Origin: the human T2T-CHM13v2.0 reference genome, Homo sapiens
Length of the DNA: 64,000 bases
Assembly: GCF_009914755.1 (NCBI RefSeq)
Contig: NC_060935.1
Direction: 5' to 3' (one strand)
Part shown: piece by piece, positions 43,676-57,309 of the stretch
Layout: every line of letters begins with the position of its first letter
How positions within the stretch are numbered: the first letter of the stretch is position 1
Program-made: the position numbers and the translations under genes
The notes under the pieces: model-generated
Told to the model about the DNA's origin: nothing
Seen by the model: only the letters and a program-made list of their open reading frames with translations
Database searches by the model: none

Positions 43676-46120
43676 AGGCCAGTGTCTTTGAGGAACATCA
43701 ATGTGAAAATCCTCAATAAAATACTGGCAAACGAAATCTAGCAGCACATTAAAAACTTATCCGCCATGATCAAGTCAACTTTGTTTCATCCCTGGGATGC
43801 AAGGCTGTTTCAACATACGCAAATCAATAAACGTAATTTATCACATAAACAGAACCAAAGACAAAAACTACGTAATGATCTCAATAGATGCAGAAAAAGC
43901 ACTCAATAAAATTCAACATTCCTTTATGTTAAAAACAATAAACTAGGTATTGATGGAACATGTCTCAAAATAATAAGAGCTATTTATGACAAACCCACAG
44001 CCAAATCATATTGAATGGGCAAGAGCTAGAAGCATTCCCTTTGAAAACTGGTACAAGACAAGGATGCCTTCTCTTGCCACTCCTATTCAACATGGTATTG
44101 GAAGTTCTGGCCAGGTCAGTCAGGCACGAGAAAGAAATAAGTCATATTCAAATAGGAAGAGAGGAAGTCAACTTGTCTCTGTTTGCAGATGACATGATTC
44201 TATGTTTAGAAAACCCCATCATCTCAGCCCCAAACCTCCTTAAGCTTATAAGTAGCTTCAGCAAAGTTTCAGGATACAAAATCAATGTGTAAAAATCACT
44301 GGCATTCCTTTACACCAACAATAAACAAGCAGAGAGCCAAATCATGAATGAACTTCCATTCACAATTGCTACAACAAGAATAAAATACCTAGAAATACAT
44401 CTAAGAAGGGATGTGAAGGGCCTCTTCAAGAAGAACTACAAACCATTGCTCAAGTAAATAGGAGAGGACAAAAACAAATGGAAAAACTTTCCATCCTCAT
44501 GGGTAGGAAGAATCAGTATTGTGAAAATGTCCATACTGCCTAAAGTAATTTATAGAGTCAATGCTATTCCCATCAAACTACCATTTACATTCTTCACAGA
44601 ATTAGAACAAAATTACTTTAAATTTTATATGAAACCAAAGAAGAGGTCATACACCCAAGAATATCCTAAGCAAAAAGAACAAAGCTGGAGGTATCACCCT
44701 ACCTCACTTCAAACTATACTATAAGGCTACAGTGACCAAAACAGCATGGTACTGGTACCGTAACAAACATATAGACCAATGGAGCAGAACAAGGACCTCA
44801 GAAATAACACCACACATCTACAACCATCTGATCTTTGATAAACCTCACAAAAACAAGCAATGGGGAAAGGATCTCCTATACAGTAAATGGTGCTGTGAAA
44901 ACTGTCTAGCCATATGCAGAAAACTGAAAGTGGACCGCTTCCTTATACCTTATACAAAAATTAAGATGGATTAAAGACTTAAATGTAAACCCCAAATTCA
45001 TAAAAACCCTAAAAGAAAACCTAGGCAATATCATTCAGGACATAAGCATGAGCAAAGACTTCATGACAAAAATGTCAAAAACAATTGAAACAAAAACCAA
45101 AATTGAAAAATGGGATCTAATTAAAGAGTTTCTGAACAGCAAAAGAAACTATCACCAGAGTGAACAGGCAATCTACAGAATGAGAGAAAATTTTTGCAAT
45201 CTACCCATCTGACAAAGATCTAATATCCAGAATCTATATGAAACTTAACAAATTTGTGAGAAACAAACAAACAACCCCACCAAAAAGTGGGCAAAGGATA
45301 TGAACAGACATTTCTTAAAAGAAGACTTTTACATGCCAACAAACATGAAAAAAAGCTCAACATCACTGATAATTAGATAAATGGAAATCAAAACCATAAT
45401 GAAATTCATCTTATGCCAGTCAGAATGGTGATTATTTAAAAATTCAAGAAATAATAGATGCTGGTGAGGCTATGGAGAAATACGAACACTTTTACATTGT
45501 TGGTGGAAATGTAAATTCGTTCAGCCATTGTGGAAGACAATATGGTGATTCCTCATGGATCTAGAACCAAGGATACCATTTGACCCAGCAATCCCATTAC
45601 TGGGTATATACCCAAAGAAATATAAATCATTCCACTATAAAGATATATGCACATGTATTTTTATTGCAGCACTATTTACAATAGCAAAGACATGGAACCA
45701 ACCCAAATGCCCATCAATGATAGACTGGATAAAGAAAATGGGAACATATTTGCCATGGAGCACCATGCAGCCATAAAAAGGAATGAGTTCATGTCCTTCG
45801 CAGGGACATGGATGAAGCTGGAAGCCATCATCCTCAGCAAACTAACAGAGGAACAGAAAACCAAACACCACATGCTTTCACTCATAAGTGGGAGTTGAAC
45901 AATAGAACACATGGACACAGAGAGGGGAACAACACACACTGGGGTTTTTGGGGGGTGGGGGTGAGGTGAGGAAAGTTAGAGGATCAGTCAATAGGTGCAA
46001 CAAATCACCATGGCATATCTATACCTACAAAACAACCCTGCGCATTCTGCACATGGATCCCAGAACTTAAAGTAAAATTTAACAAAAAAGAAATATGAAA
46101 AGATAAAATAATAAATAAAT
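43676..46120 (+). mobile_element. 5'-truncated L1PA (approx. PA10-PA12), ~2.45 kb
   Basis: ORF2 RT (GTRQGC...SLFADDMIL) and C-terminal fragments; 3' UTR G-tract and tcaataggtgcaacaaatcaccatggca; A-rich tail. Confidence 0.92.
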
Positions 46121-46353
46121 TCTCTGATGATTTCAACATGTTTGCCATATCTCATTATGATGCTTGTTCTTTCTCTTAAAACTGCGATTTTTTTTTTTTT
46201 TTTTTTTTTGCCTTTTGATATGCCTTGCAGTTTTTTTTTTTCTTTTTATAGCTGGACGTGATGTATTGGTTAAAAATATTGCTGTAAATAGTTATTTAGT
46301 AATGTGGTGGTAAAATGTGGGGGTAGAGAGAGTGTCCTGTAGTTTTATAGTTT

Positions 46354-47160
46354 TGTAACCACCCAACGGGTTCTTCTTGCCTGCTGCACAGTTGAAGCCA
46401 ATTGACTGAGACAGAAGGATTGCAGCAGAGAAACAGTTTAATTATCTCAAGAAAGCCAAATGGAAGGATGGGAGATTTTTCTTGAATCCACCTCCCTGAG
46501 AACTCAAAGGCTAGGGATTTTAAGGATAATTGTATGGAAGGGAGTTGGGGAATGAGTGCTGATGATTAGTTGTGGATGAAATCATAGGGATGTTAAAAAC
46601 TGTCTTTATGTGCTGAACGAGTTTCTGGGAAAGGGGTGGGGGAGTCATAGGACCAGTTGAGTCAGTTCCTTGGTATGAGTCACAAGTCTGAGTGGAGTTA
46701 GTCACCAGAATGCAAAAGTCTGAAAAATATCTCAAACACTAATCTTAGATTTTACAATAGTGATGTTATTTCTAGGAGCAATTAGGGAAGTTACAAATCT
46801 TGTGACCACCTGCTACATAACTCTTGAGCAGTAAGCTATTATAGAAAAGCAAGCTAGGGAATAGGCTGGTAATTGTTTAACTGCACCTACATTATAGCAG
46901 AATTCAAGCCCCTTTCATAATTCCAACTTTGAGGACTTTCATTAGTCTCACAAAGATAGTTTTAGTCCCCAGAAGGGTCAGTTTTGAGAGGGACTAGTAT
47001 CATCCTTGCTTCAAAGTTAAACTATGAACTAAATTCCTTTTATAGTTAGCTTGGCCTGCACCCAAGAATGAGCAAGGAGAGTTAGCTTGTGAGGTTAGAA
47101 GCATGATAGAGTCAGTTAGGTTAGATTTCTTTCACTGTTATAATTTTTGCAAATATAGTT
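46354..47160 (-). mobile_element. LTR8-family (LTR8A/LTR8B-like) solo LTR
   Basis: tgtaaccacccaacgggttcttcttgcctgctgc; ends gagtcagttaggttagatttctttcactgttataatttttgcaaa. Confidence 0.8.
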
Positions 47161-47497
47161 TTGATTTGGTCTCAGTTTTTTAGTAAGCCTTTGCCTCTGG
47201 ATTGTGAGCTTCACAAGTGTTTGTCGGTTCCCTTTCTCTTAGGTTGGACAGGATGGCTAGAGTGGTCTGGAGTTGGGTACTTTTCTTTCCTCAGATCACT
47301 TCGGAAGATTTAGCTTTGGTTGGTAGTTTATTCTGAGGCAGGCCTTGATAAGAAAGACAGAATGCTCTGACATATTTCAAAATTGTTCCTTTACTCCTCC
47401 CCCTTCTGGAAGCATGAGGGAATTTTTTGTTGACATTTACTGTGAGTACTCAACAGAGCTTACGGAGGTAAAATTCACAAAAATGGAGTACCCTCCC

Positions 47498-48058
47498 TGC
47501 AGCAAATTTTAATTTGCCTCAGCAACCGTTTTAAATATAAACTACACATTTTCATACCAGAAGCAGAGCACAGTCACCCTGGACACAGTTTCCAGTTCTA
47601 CACCCAGCTCCAGTTCTTCAATATGGTCCATCAGTCCAGATATCTGTCTTATACAACTGCTCCCTAGTGATCAGTTCCCTATCAGACAGGTAGATGTAGC
47701 CTGCTAGAGTAGGCACATTGACTTTCTCACCCCACACAGACTGTGTGTATATGCTACAGTGACTGGCTCTCAGTCACTCTGTGACCTCCTGGAACACGTG
47801 CCTGCTTTCTTTCAACCAACCGATTAAAATTCCCTGTGGGAATACTGTTTGAATAATGCCCTAGGCCCAATAAAGGCATTAGCCCATGTTTCCCTCTTTC
47901 TCTCCCTGCCTGCCTTGACCTCCATGTCAGGGTCCTCTGGACATGCCATAAACCATCCCTCCCTAGAACCTGTAAGTAATAAAATTTCATTTCCATTTTG
48001 TGTCTCTCCTAATCATTGGAAAGGTACTCTCTATCCTTAAAGATCTTAAATTAAAACA
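47498..48058 (+). mobile_element. ERVL solo LTR (MER73/MER74/LTR53 group)
   Basis: TG...CA termini; cagtcaccctggacacagtttccagttct; aacctgtaagtaataaaattt; approximate TSD (c)tccc. Confidence 0.6.
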
Positions 48059-48394
48059 TCCCCCCAAAATGGGTTCCTTTATCGTTTTTTGACTCAGAAT
48101 TGTCCATAGTGAGACTAGCAATTTTTAATTTACAGTTCAGTTTTTCCTACCCCGGCACTGGTTCCCAAAGTAATTTCCACCTGTGAGTCTCTGCTCTGGT
48201 AAGGGGTGACTTCTTATATCCATCTGTCCCTCTCTTCAATCTTGAGGGCAGAGTTTGCCCTATGCCCTTACCTCTTTTACAGACAAAGAGTTTTTGATTT
48301 TTCAGCCTGTTTAGCTTCCTACCTATTGTTAAGATGGGGTGGCATCTTCCAAATTCCTTACATGTAGAACTGGCAACCATAAGTTTATCAGGGT

Positions 48395-50420
48395 TTTTTT
48401 TAGGGTAGTGAAATTATTCTGCATGATACTTTAATAGAGGGTACAAGAAAATATACATTTATCAAAACCCATAGAACTTTATAGCACAGAGAATGAATCT
48501 TATTGTTATTACATGCAAAGGTTAAACTATAATTCAAAGGTCTGAAGGACGCCAGGATGGAATGTTAATGTGTCAAATTATCTAAGTGCATTTCAACCTT
48601 ATTGAAGTGAGGGGATGAAAAGGTTCTGACCTAAGTAACTTTGGTAATGAGAGGAGTCTTTTAGACTAAAGGACAAAGGAAATGTACATAAAAACTATAC
48701 TCTGACAAAGTTATTTCTTTCAGCAGTATGGGTTAACAATTCTGAAAACACTATACATCTATACTGAAATTGAACAATTAAGTAAATAGATGTGGAGGAT
48801 AGAAACGAAGTTTCTCACTATTGAGAAAGATGTTACAGATAACCAAAGTAAGATGCCAGGATGAGCTATGTGATAATGGGTATATATAAACATACTTAAT
48901 ATAGTTAAATATGGAAATATGTATATGTATATACATAAGAGTTAGTATAAATACAAGGATTAATATATACCTTACTGTATCATCTAAGGAGCCTAAAAAC
49001 AATGACATACCACATGAGAAGATCTAAGAAACAAGTAGACTTAGTGTCGAGGCTTTGACTTCTAATACAATTTTCGAAGAAATAAAACAGAACTTCATGG
49101 AATAATGAGTGATTCTAGGACTGGGGAAGAAATTGTACAATATGAGCCTGGAGCATCTTGTAATCCCAGAAAATAAAAATAAAGTTTGCGAAAACAAACA
49201 AACAAAAAACCACACTGATGATAATATTCTAAAGAGACTGATATGGTTTGGACATGTCCCCACCCAAATCTCATCTTGAATTGTAGTTCCCATAATCCCC
49301 ATATGTCATGAGAGAGACCTGGTGGGAGGTAATTGAATGATGGGATGGGTATCCCCCATACTATTCTCATGACCGTAAGTTCTCACAAGATCTTATGGTT
49401 TTATAAGAGGCTTCCCCCTTTGCTTGATTCTCATTCTTCTCCTTCCTGCTGCCATGTGAGGAAGGATGTGTTTGCTTCCCCTTCCATCATGATTGTAAGT
49501 TTCCTGAGGCTTCCCCAGCCCTGCAGAACTGTAAGTCAATTAAACCTGTTTTCTTTATAAATTACTCACTCTTGGGGAATTCTTTATAGCAGCATAAGAA
49601 CAGACTAATACAGAGACACAGGAGTTAATGACAGAGCTTCAAAAACCAAAGATGAAACGATTTGAGTAGCAAAATAAATAAAATGTTATTGAATTATAAA
49701 CCAAAGTATACAATAATAAAATAAGGAGAGGCAACAATTCTCCCACACAAAAGAATTCCAGATAATGTGTGTAAATACTCTCTCCTCACCGAAGTAGAAC
49801 ATAACTTTCCACCCCTTAATAGGGGCCTGTGCCTAGTGACATTTTTCCTAGGAGTACAGTTGAAAGGAATTGGGGAGTAACTCTATAGTAGGTAACATGG
49901 CAAACACTACCTCAACCAGGTGATAAAAGTTATCATCACAGTGTAATGCATGTTGATAGCATATGCCCTTGAAATGATGTGGTGAGATCTCTGTAGTCTC
50001 CCTTTCCCAAAAGCAGAACTTCAGTGTAATCATTGGAGAAATATCAGACAAATCCCAATTAATGGGCATTCTAAAAAATACATGACCAGCTTGCCTAAAA
50101 AATGTCAGGGTCATCAAAAATAAAAGGTTTAGCAGAACTATCTGTCAAGAGGAGCCTGAGGAGATGTGGTAGCTAGATGTAATGTTGTATTGTGGATGAT
50201 ATTCTGGAACAGAAAAAGGACATTAGCTAAAAACTAGGGACATTTGCATAAAATACAGATTTTAATGTATCACTATTTTGTTCAGTAATTGTGATAAATG
50301 TAATATACAAATGTAAGATGTTAATATTAGGTGAAATTGGTACAAGGCATATGGAAACTCTGTGTTATATTCTCAATTTTTCTCTGAATCTATACTACTC
50401 CAAAAATTAAGTTTACAAAG
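48395..50420 (+). mobile_element. Old L1MC/L1MD 3' UTR, interrupted by THE1
   Basis: catttatcaaaacccatagaacttta; tcagacaaatcccaattaatgggcattcta; attctggaacagaaaaaggacattag; atggaaactctgtgtta. Confidence 0.75.
49239..49612 (+). mobile_element. THE1C-like solo LTR
   Basis: tgatatggtttgg...cagactaataca with perfect 5-bp TSD GAGAC. Confidence 0.93.
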
Positions 50421-51478
50421 CATGGAAGGTAGTCTACAAGATGCAGTAAATAAGATCTTTCATGACCCCCAGAAAAGACATAATTAAACAAAATGAATAA
50501 GATTAAGATCCTTAAGATAAATGAGGAAATAGTACCCAACGAAAAGAATGGAAGTACTAAAACCAGTTTAGGCAGCTGTGAAAAAGAGCCAGGATCTGTA
50601 ATTTAGAAAAATATGACCTTTGTCAATTAGTTTGAATCAACTAAAAAAAATTCATAGTCACCTTCAAGTCTTCCTTGATTTACTTGCTCTGCTCAAAAAC
50701 AGAAACATGGTCTTGATTGAATTCAACATGGCAGTGTTAAGAAGTTAAAGCAGCTGAGTGTCACATGTTGTAACTTGTTCAGAATTGAGTTAAATTTGGG
50801 GAAGCTGAAAAATGGAGAATTAAATAAGGTTTGTACTAATACTCCAAGTGCAAAAAATATTACACATAACAAAGGCTGATGTAGTGAGAAGATGGAGAGT
50901 ATAGATTTTAAACATTAACCTTTGTGACTGATGATATATTCAGGTATATTGAGGAGGGAGTGGTATATATTAAATGGCTATATTAACAATAAAGCTATTA
51001 AATAAGAAAAATGTGTACATTCATTGCAGACATGGGTCTTGCATAGATTCTTGAGATAAAACACTGAACAAGACAGATGCACTTCCCATTTTAATGGAGC
51101 TCACAGTCTAATAAAAAACTAAACAAATAATTGCATAAACAGTGTTTAACAATGACCATTAAATATGCTATGAAACTGAAGTGTTTTAGAAAAATAATAA
51201 GGTAATCACACCAACTGTGAGCGTTAGAGAAGATTTGCTGAGGAATGCAAGAAATGTGAGGAAGAAAAAAATGTTAGTACATAAAGCTGATGATTGTTTT
51301 ATTGGACAATTTTAATTTGTAGAGCCTTTGGTGTGAATATCATGTGGGATAAGTGAAAGATGTCTACATTTCCTTCAGAATTTTTTTATCAAATGAGAAA
51401 TACTGAGAGTCATTTCATATCACAGTTTGGCAATATGCCAATATCAGCCCTACAGCCCTAGTACATGTGAACCCCAAC

Positions 51479-51570
51479 TTTTTTTTTTTTTTTCTGAGAC
51501 GGAGTCTTGCTCTGTCGCCCAGGCTGGAGTGCAGTGGCGCGATGACCGCTCACTGCAAGCTCTGCCCCCC
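51479..51570 (-). mobile_element. Heavily 5'-truncated AluY (~75 bp + T tail)
   Basis: Y diagnostic cactgcaagctc; imperfect TSD A(C/G)AT(G/A)TGAACCC(C/T)AACTT; TTTT/AA site. Confidence 0.88.
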
Positions 51571-52738
51571 AGATATGAACCCTAACTTTTTAAAGCCTAT
51601 CACCAAAATCACCCCACAAAAAGAAGAATTACAGGAGCATTAGGGAAGTGAGGAAGGTAAATATTTGGACAGAGAGCCATATTAGGCATATCGCCATGGT
51701 TGTGTTTTTATTTTCTTGAAAAGCAATGTCATTTTTCTGAAATGAGTGAGACAAGAATCTTTCTAGAAGCAGGTGCCTTGTGGGCAGAACTCTAAAGAGT
51801 CCCTTCCAGCATTTGAACACAGACGTCCTTGCTTCATCCCTGTCTTTCAATCAATGTCTTTTTTCTTGTTTCTACTATCTTTAGCTCATATTCTAGCCCA
51901 GAGCCCTGCTTGAAAAGTTCCAATTCTAGAGACTATATTATTAGAAAATGATAAAACAGGAAGTAGAAAAATATTCTAAGTATGGAGAGGAATGTTTTCT
52001 CTATAATGCTAACTCTCTCCAGCCATTAGTACCAGTTCTAAAATGGAGATAATAGCTATTGTACAGAGTTGTTTGAGGAGCACATGAAATCGGGCATGTA
52101 AGGTGGTGAGCAGAATAAGAACTCAAATGTTAGCAATGATTAAAACTATTACTGTACCATTATTATTATGCAACCGTATTTTCCACAGAAAGTTATCTGT
52201 AAAAAATTGATTTTTTCTTTCCCCTACTCATTTTGTTTCCTGCTTCTCCTCTAGGTTTTCCCTGGTACTTTCTCACTTCCAAGTAAATTTAAATATTAAT
52301 GACACTTCAAATGTCTTTTGGGGGAATTGTGCAGTCTTAAAATTTTTAAGGCTGCCTTTTGGCTGCCTTATTTTAGGAAAGCGCAGGGGTGAGATACACA
52401 CACAACAAAATACGTCTAAGTCTTCCCACAAACTGAAATAAAAATTTATAAAACAGATCTATTTTAAGGGATACCTTTTCCTTCAAATACATTATGAGAT
52501 TCTGGAACCTGTGGTATGTGTAGACAGCAGATGATCCCTGGCAAGCCTTGTTCTATGGGCCAAGTCCAAAGTTGCAAGTTACCCAGGAAGCCTGAGCTTT
52601 GTATTTGATCCATAGGAGGCCACATAGTTAAGTCCAACTTGCTCCACAGCTGGTTACTCCTCAGGGGGAAGGTGAGATACACCTCTCTGCAGCTGGAAGA
52701 TCCAGCAGAAACCTGGAGGGCTGAACCTTTCTCTGTAG

Positions 52739-52856
52739 GTATGGAGTAACCCATTACTCCTGGAGCAGCTGCATACATGAGGTTCAGGGGGTGATTCAGC
52801 ATGGTCGACTCATGGAGTGGCATCTGGGCTGTCTGCTGTCCGGTTGCTCTGGCTGG
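52739..52856 (+). other. Candidate non-coding exon (118 bp)
   Basis: Acceptor ctgaacctttctctgtAG and donor TGG|GTGAGT; no transcript evidence. Confidence 0.25.
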
Positions 52857-53869
52857 GTGAGTGAGAGTTCATATGATTCTCAGGGGCGTGTTAAGCTCAT
52901 GAACATTTGATTGCAGTAATTACCTGGGAACCCCCCTGACTAATTTGCACACCAACATAGAGTGAGGGAGACCTTATTTCTAGGGAGTGATAAATGGCAA
53001 CTACTTAATCGTTTGGAGAAAAGGTGGTGTAGTTTCCATTTGGCCTGGTTCCCAGTCTGTATAATCATCAGTGCATTCCAAAACAGCATCAGTAATAACA
53101 TTCTGTAGATAGCTAGACCCCACTCCATTGATATTTCTTATAGGCATTATTTCTTATGTATATTCTCAGGGGAAGGCTAGTATAGTATTCCTAACCTATT
53201 TTTCCCGTTATAGAAAATTAGATATATGAAAGCAATGGGAAATGTTCAAAGTCACATAATAAATGTCAATGCTAGAGGCAAAAATGAAACCCAGATGACC
53301 AGTTCCTTAGTAAACTCAACTGTATGAGAAGGAATGGTATAGGATATTGTATCTGAAGAAGTTTTTTCCCCTTAAAATGAGAATGAAGAAGGAATGGTGT
53401 TGATATTTATAAGAACTTAGCACAGACCCTTGCACATAATGCTAAGCTAACAAACACTCATTTACTTTCCTTTTCTTTGCCCCCCTTCCTTAGCTGTCAC
53501 CTTTGACTTTTAATCTCTGCAAAAATTATTTCAATCTCATCTCAATCTCCCAATGACACTACCTTCCCAGAAATTAAAAAAATCTTACTGTCTCTGACTC
53601 TTCCTACCTCCTCCCTCCTTTCTGCTCCCTTTGCTCTCCTGATCCATCCCCTACACACACTCAAATTGACAAAGACGGCATCAGGGAAAGAGTTAACCAA
53701 TCAAAGTCAACAGATGGCGAATCAGTACAGCAGATCCTAGAGAAAGAAAAGATGAGAGCTTCCTTTTTTCCTTTGCCTTTGGGAACTTGAGAAAAAGTGG
53801 GGGAAAAAAATCACTCCTATGGGTTAGTGTTTGATTTTTCACAACTTCATGTTTTTGTCATTCTTGGTT

Positions 53870-54365
53870 AGCCCCACCACCTGCCGGAGTCTGACCTGAC
53901 AGAGTTAAGGTTAGCCTGACGGAAAGTGCTGAAAGGATGTCGACAGAAAAGTTCGATGGTAGAACACGCTGTGCTCACAGCCAGAGTTTTCTTGCACACC
54001 TGTCCAATTAAGAATCTGGGCCCATCCTGAATAAATTACGCGGCGGCTTTTGCTCTGAAGTGAAAGGAGAAGTTGTGCGCCTGCTGGAACCAGACACCTC
54101 CTGGGACAGTGGTAAATGCACCTGGCCCAGCGTCCAAGCAGAGTGGCACCGGTCTGCTCCATCCAGGTGTGTGGCAAGCTTCCTGCCTGCCAGAGTACAT
54201 GCCACCTGGCAAGCTGCCTGCAAGTGGGCCAGAAGCTCATTTCTCAGCAGGCTATGTGTGCTAGGAATTTGTCTTCCATGATCAGTTCTCTGCACTCATC
54301 TTCATGGTGGCTGGAATGTGTTTCTACTGGGTGGTGGGGAACCCCGCACACAAACCACCTGATTC
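53870..54365. promoter_or_regulatory. Candidate enhancer with CACCTG E-box cluster
   Basis: Six CACCTG/CAGGTG in ~490 bp of non-repeat, GC/CpG-elevated sequence. Confidence 0.45.
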
Positions 54366-54378
54366 AAATTTGAAGTAG

Positions 54379-54816
<438 letters not shown>

Positions 54817-55934
54817 CCTTCTTTACATATTTTTAAACACACACACACACACACATGTCTTACTACTTGCCATTAATGAGGAGAGTACTGTGGCATCCAC
54901 TTCTGGCAGTTTTCCATGATATCTATAGTTAGTCAGGGAGGGAGGGAGGACCCGGGTTGAATCCAAGTTGTGTCTACATCAGATACCCCATGTTTGCTAA
55001 TGGGCTTATAGAGGAAAAACTCATCAAAAAGCAATAAACTTCAGGTACATAACCTTGACCCAGTGAAAATGCCTCAGGTGTCAGAGGGGAGCAAAGGAGT
55101 CCTAGCGAAATAGAGTATCTGCTACTCAGGTTTGTTCACTGGTTTAACTTTTATAAACTTAGAAAAGACAGCCGCAAGTAAGAAATGGTAAGGGCTAATT
55201 AACTCTATGTGAGAACTGAGTGCACAGGATACCATAGCTTTGATGCCTCTTTGATGGAATGAAGCACAGATGGAAAGGCCTCATTTCCATTTGTCAAGGA
55301 GCTTTGGCTTTGAGGCATCGGAAACCGCTACACGTGACCATTTCTTCATCCACCGTGTGTTAACGACGCATGGCTCTGGAGGCAGCAGCAAGTATGTGTG
55401 AGGACCGTGGGGGTAGGGGCATGGACGGCTCTGGGACCATGTGGCAGGAGCCTCCTTGGTATGAGGCTTCACACTTGCAAAAAAGGTAGGATGATGAGAC
55501 AACCCCAGGAAGCCATCTCAGTGGCAGAGGCCTTATCACGGGGGACAGTAGAGAGTGACAAGTGTCAGATGGAACTTGTGAGATAGACTGGGGATTCCCA
55601 GACTTGACTGTAGGTATTCTTTCAATATCAGTTGGGCTCATGTTATAAAATACAACATACTCCCTCTTTATTTATTCCGGGGTGGTTATATCCTGAAGAA
55701 ACAGTGTTAGCCATGGAATAGCAAAATGTTAGGGCTCAAAAACATGTGAAAAGATATCAAGAGAAATGCAGTAAACTGTGAAGGGTCACAAACCCCCTGA
55801 GAGGTGATGCTGTGGGTGAAAACAAAGTACCCGTGTCTCTTGCAGAATGTATCCTCTTGTTGCATTTGTGCAAGATTATTTTCACCCTTTAAAGTATAAT
55901 ATAACTATATACAAGTGGCAGAGTAGTCTCTGGT

Positions 55935-56155
55935 CTCTTATAAACGTGGTCTCTGGTGTTTAAGTGCCCAGGTTTGAATCCTGGCTCTGCCTCTGCCTAA
56001 CTATGTGACTTTGCACTAGTTTGTTTTTTTTTTTTCTTTTTAAATTATTTGTCTGTCAGTTTCCCAAAGGGTAATAATACATTATGAATTTGGTGAAAAG
56101 AAAATGAATTCTTATAAGTAAATATCTTAGACAAAAAGTTTACATGAGTAAATCT
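55935..56155 (+). mobile_element. MIR SINE
   Basis: ccaggtttgaatcctggctctgcc...ctatgtgactttg. Confidence 0.7.
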
Positions 56156-56704
56156 CATAAAAAAGATTGAATCATTCTTTACTAGGAATTATTCTAGAAG
56201 AAATTAAAGAGCCATAGTAATTCTAACTCAATAGATGAAAAATCTAAGACATTAGAGGCTGAATGACTTGGAAGGTTATGTCTACAAACACCTACTATGC
56301 ATACACATTAGAGGTCATTTAAGAGTCAAGAATAACACCTAAGAAATAGTTCAAAATAAACCAGAAATGTACGTGATCCACTGTTGACCTTTATGATGTA
56401 CCAAGAGAATGGAATCAACTTCTACAAGGTTGGCAAGAGTTGTCATTACAGTCTACATTATTTCTAAAAATATTTTATGGAGGAGGTAGGAGATAGTGGA
56501 AAGTTAAAATCATTGAATTGTTAGGTGCCCAAGCAAAATTTTAGAAAGTGCTTTTTATTGACTGACTAAAACCCCTTGTATCTATTGTTTATATCACTTA
56601 AATCAACTTAGAGGGAGAGGCAATCGCTGCCTTTTCTCAGAGTGCCCTTGGAAAATTAGCCATGCAGCAGAGCATCACCAGGCAGAAGCAATTCTTCCTT
56701 ACAG

Positions 56705-57185
56705 CTTTCATTTGTTTATTTACAAGAATTTTATGGAACTCCTATGATTTACCCACACACTGAACAAGAAGCTGGGGACATAAAGTAGCTGCCAATAATG
56801 AGTACCCAGCCTTGAGGAAATCGGATATGCTAATAGGCAACTAGAACACATTCTGACAAATGCTTTGATAGAACACGTGGATGAACAATCCAGGCTGGTG
56901 TGTGTGTGGTTGAACGGCAGGAAAGGAGAGGGTGTAGGGGAATAAAAGATCTGGCTTGGGTTTGTAAGGGTGAGCAGTAGCCAGCCAGGCATACAGAAGT
57001 GTGATGTTCCTCACTCAGGAATTCAGAGAGAAAAGAGAGAGCATGGATCCTAAGGGAACTGGGTACTGCTCAGTGCACCTAACCATGGGGTGAGAGAAGT
57101 GGTTGAAGAGAGGACAGCAAAAGCTTGTGAGGTGAGGACGTCAAGTCAGGAGAAACCTGTGTGCCAACCTAAGTGGCTTGGACCT
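56705..57185 (-). mobile_element. L2 3' fragment
   Basis: tcatttgtttatttacaagaattttatggaactcctatg...gctggggacataaag. Confidence 0.55.
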
Positions 57186-57309
57186 CTCCCTTGGTGGAAC
57201 CCAACACAGGAAGTGAAGAATTCTGGAGATGGTCATGGTCAAGCAGGGACTCGGGGGGCCTTGGCCGGGACAGCCCCTTAACCCCAGTGATGTAGAAGCC
57301 CATAGCAGA

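Noticed and set aside
44011-44292. RT ORF with intact FADD motif
   Set aside because: Short piece of a 5'-truncated L1PA with surrounding stops and frameshifts
45941-45972. G-rich tract with G-quadruplex potential
   Set aside because: Standard L1 3' UTR G-tract; not locus-specific
52464-52823. 119-aa minus-strand ORF in unique sequence
   Set aside because: No recognisable domain, poly(A) tail or TSD; length compatible with chance
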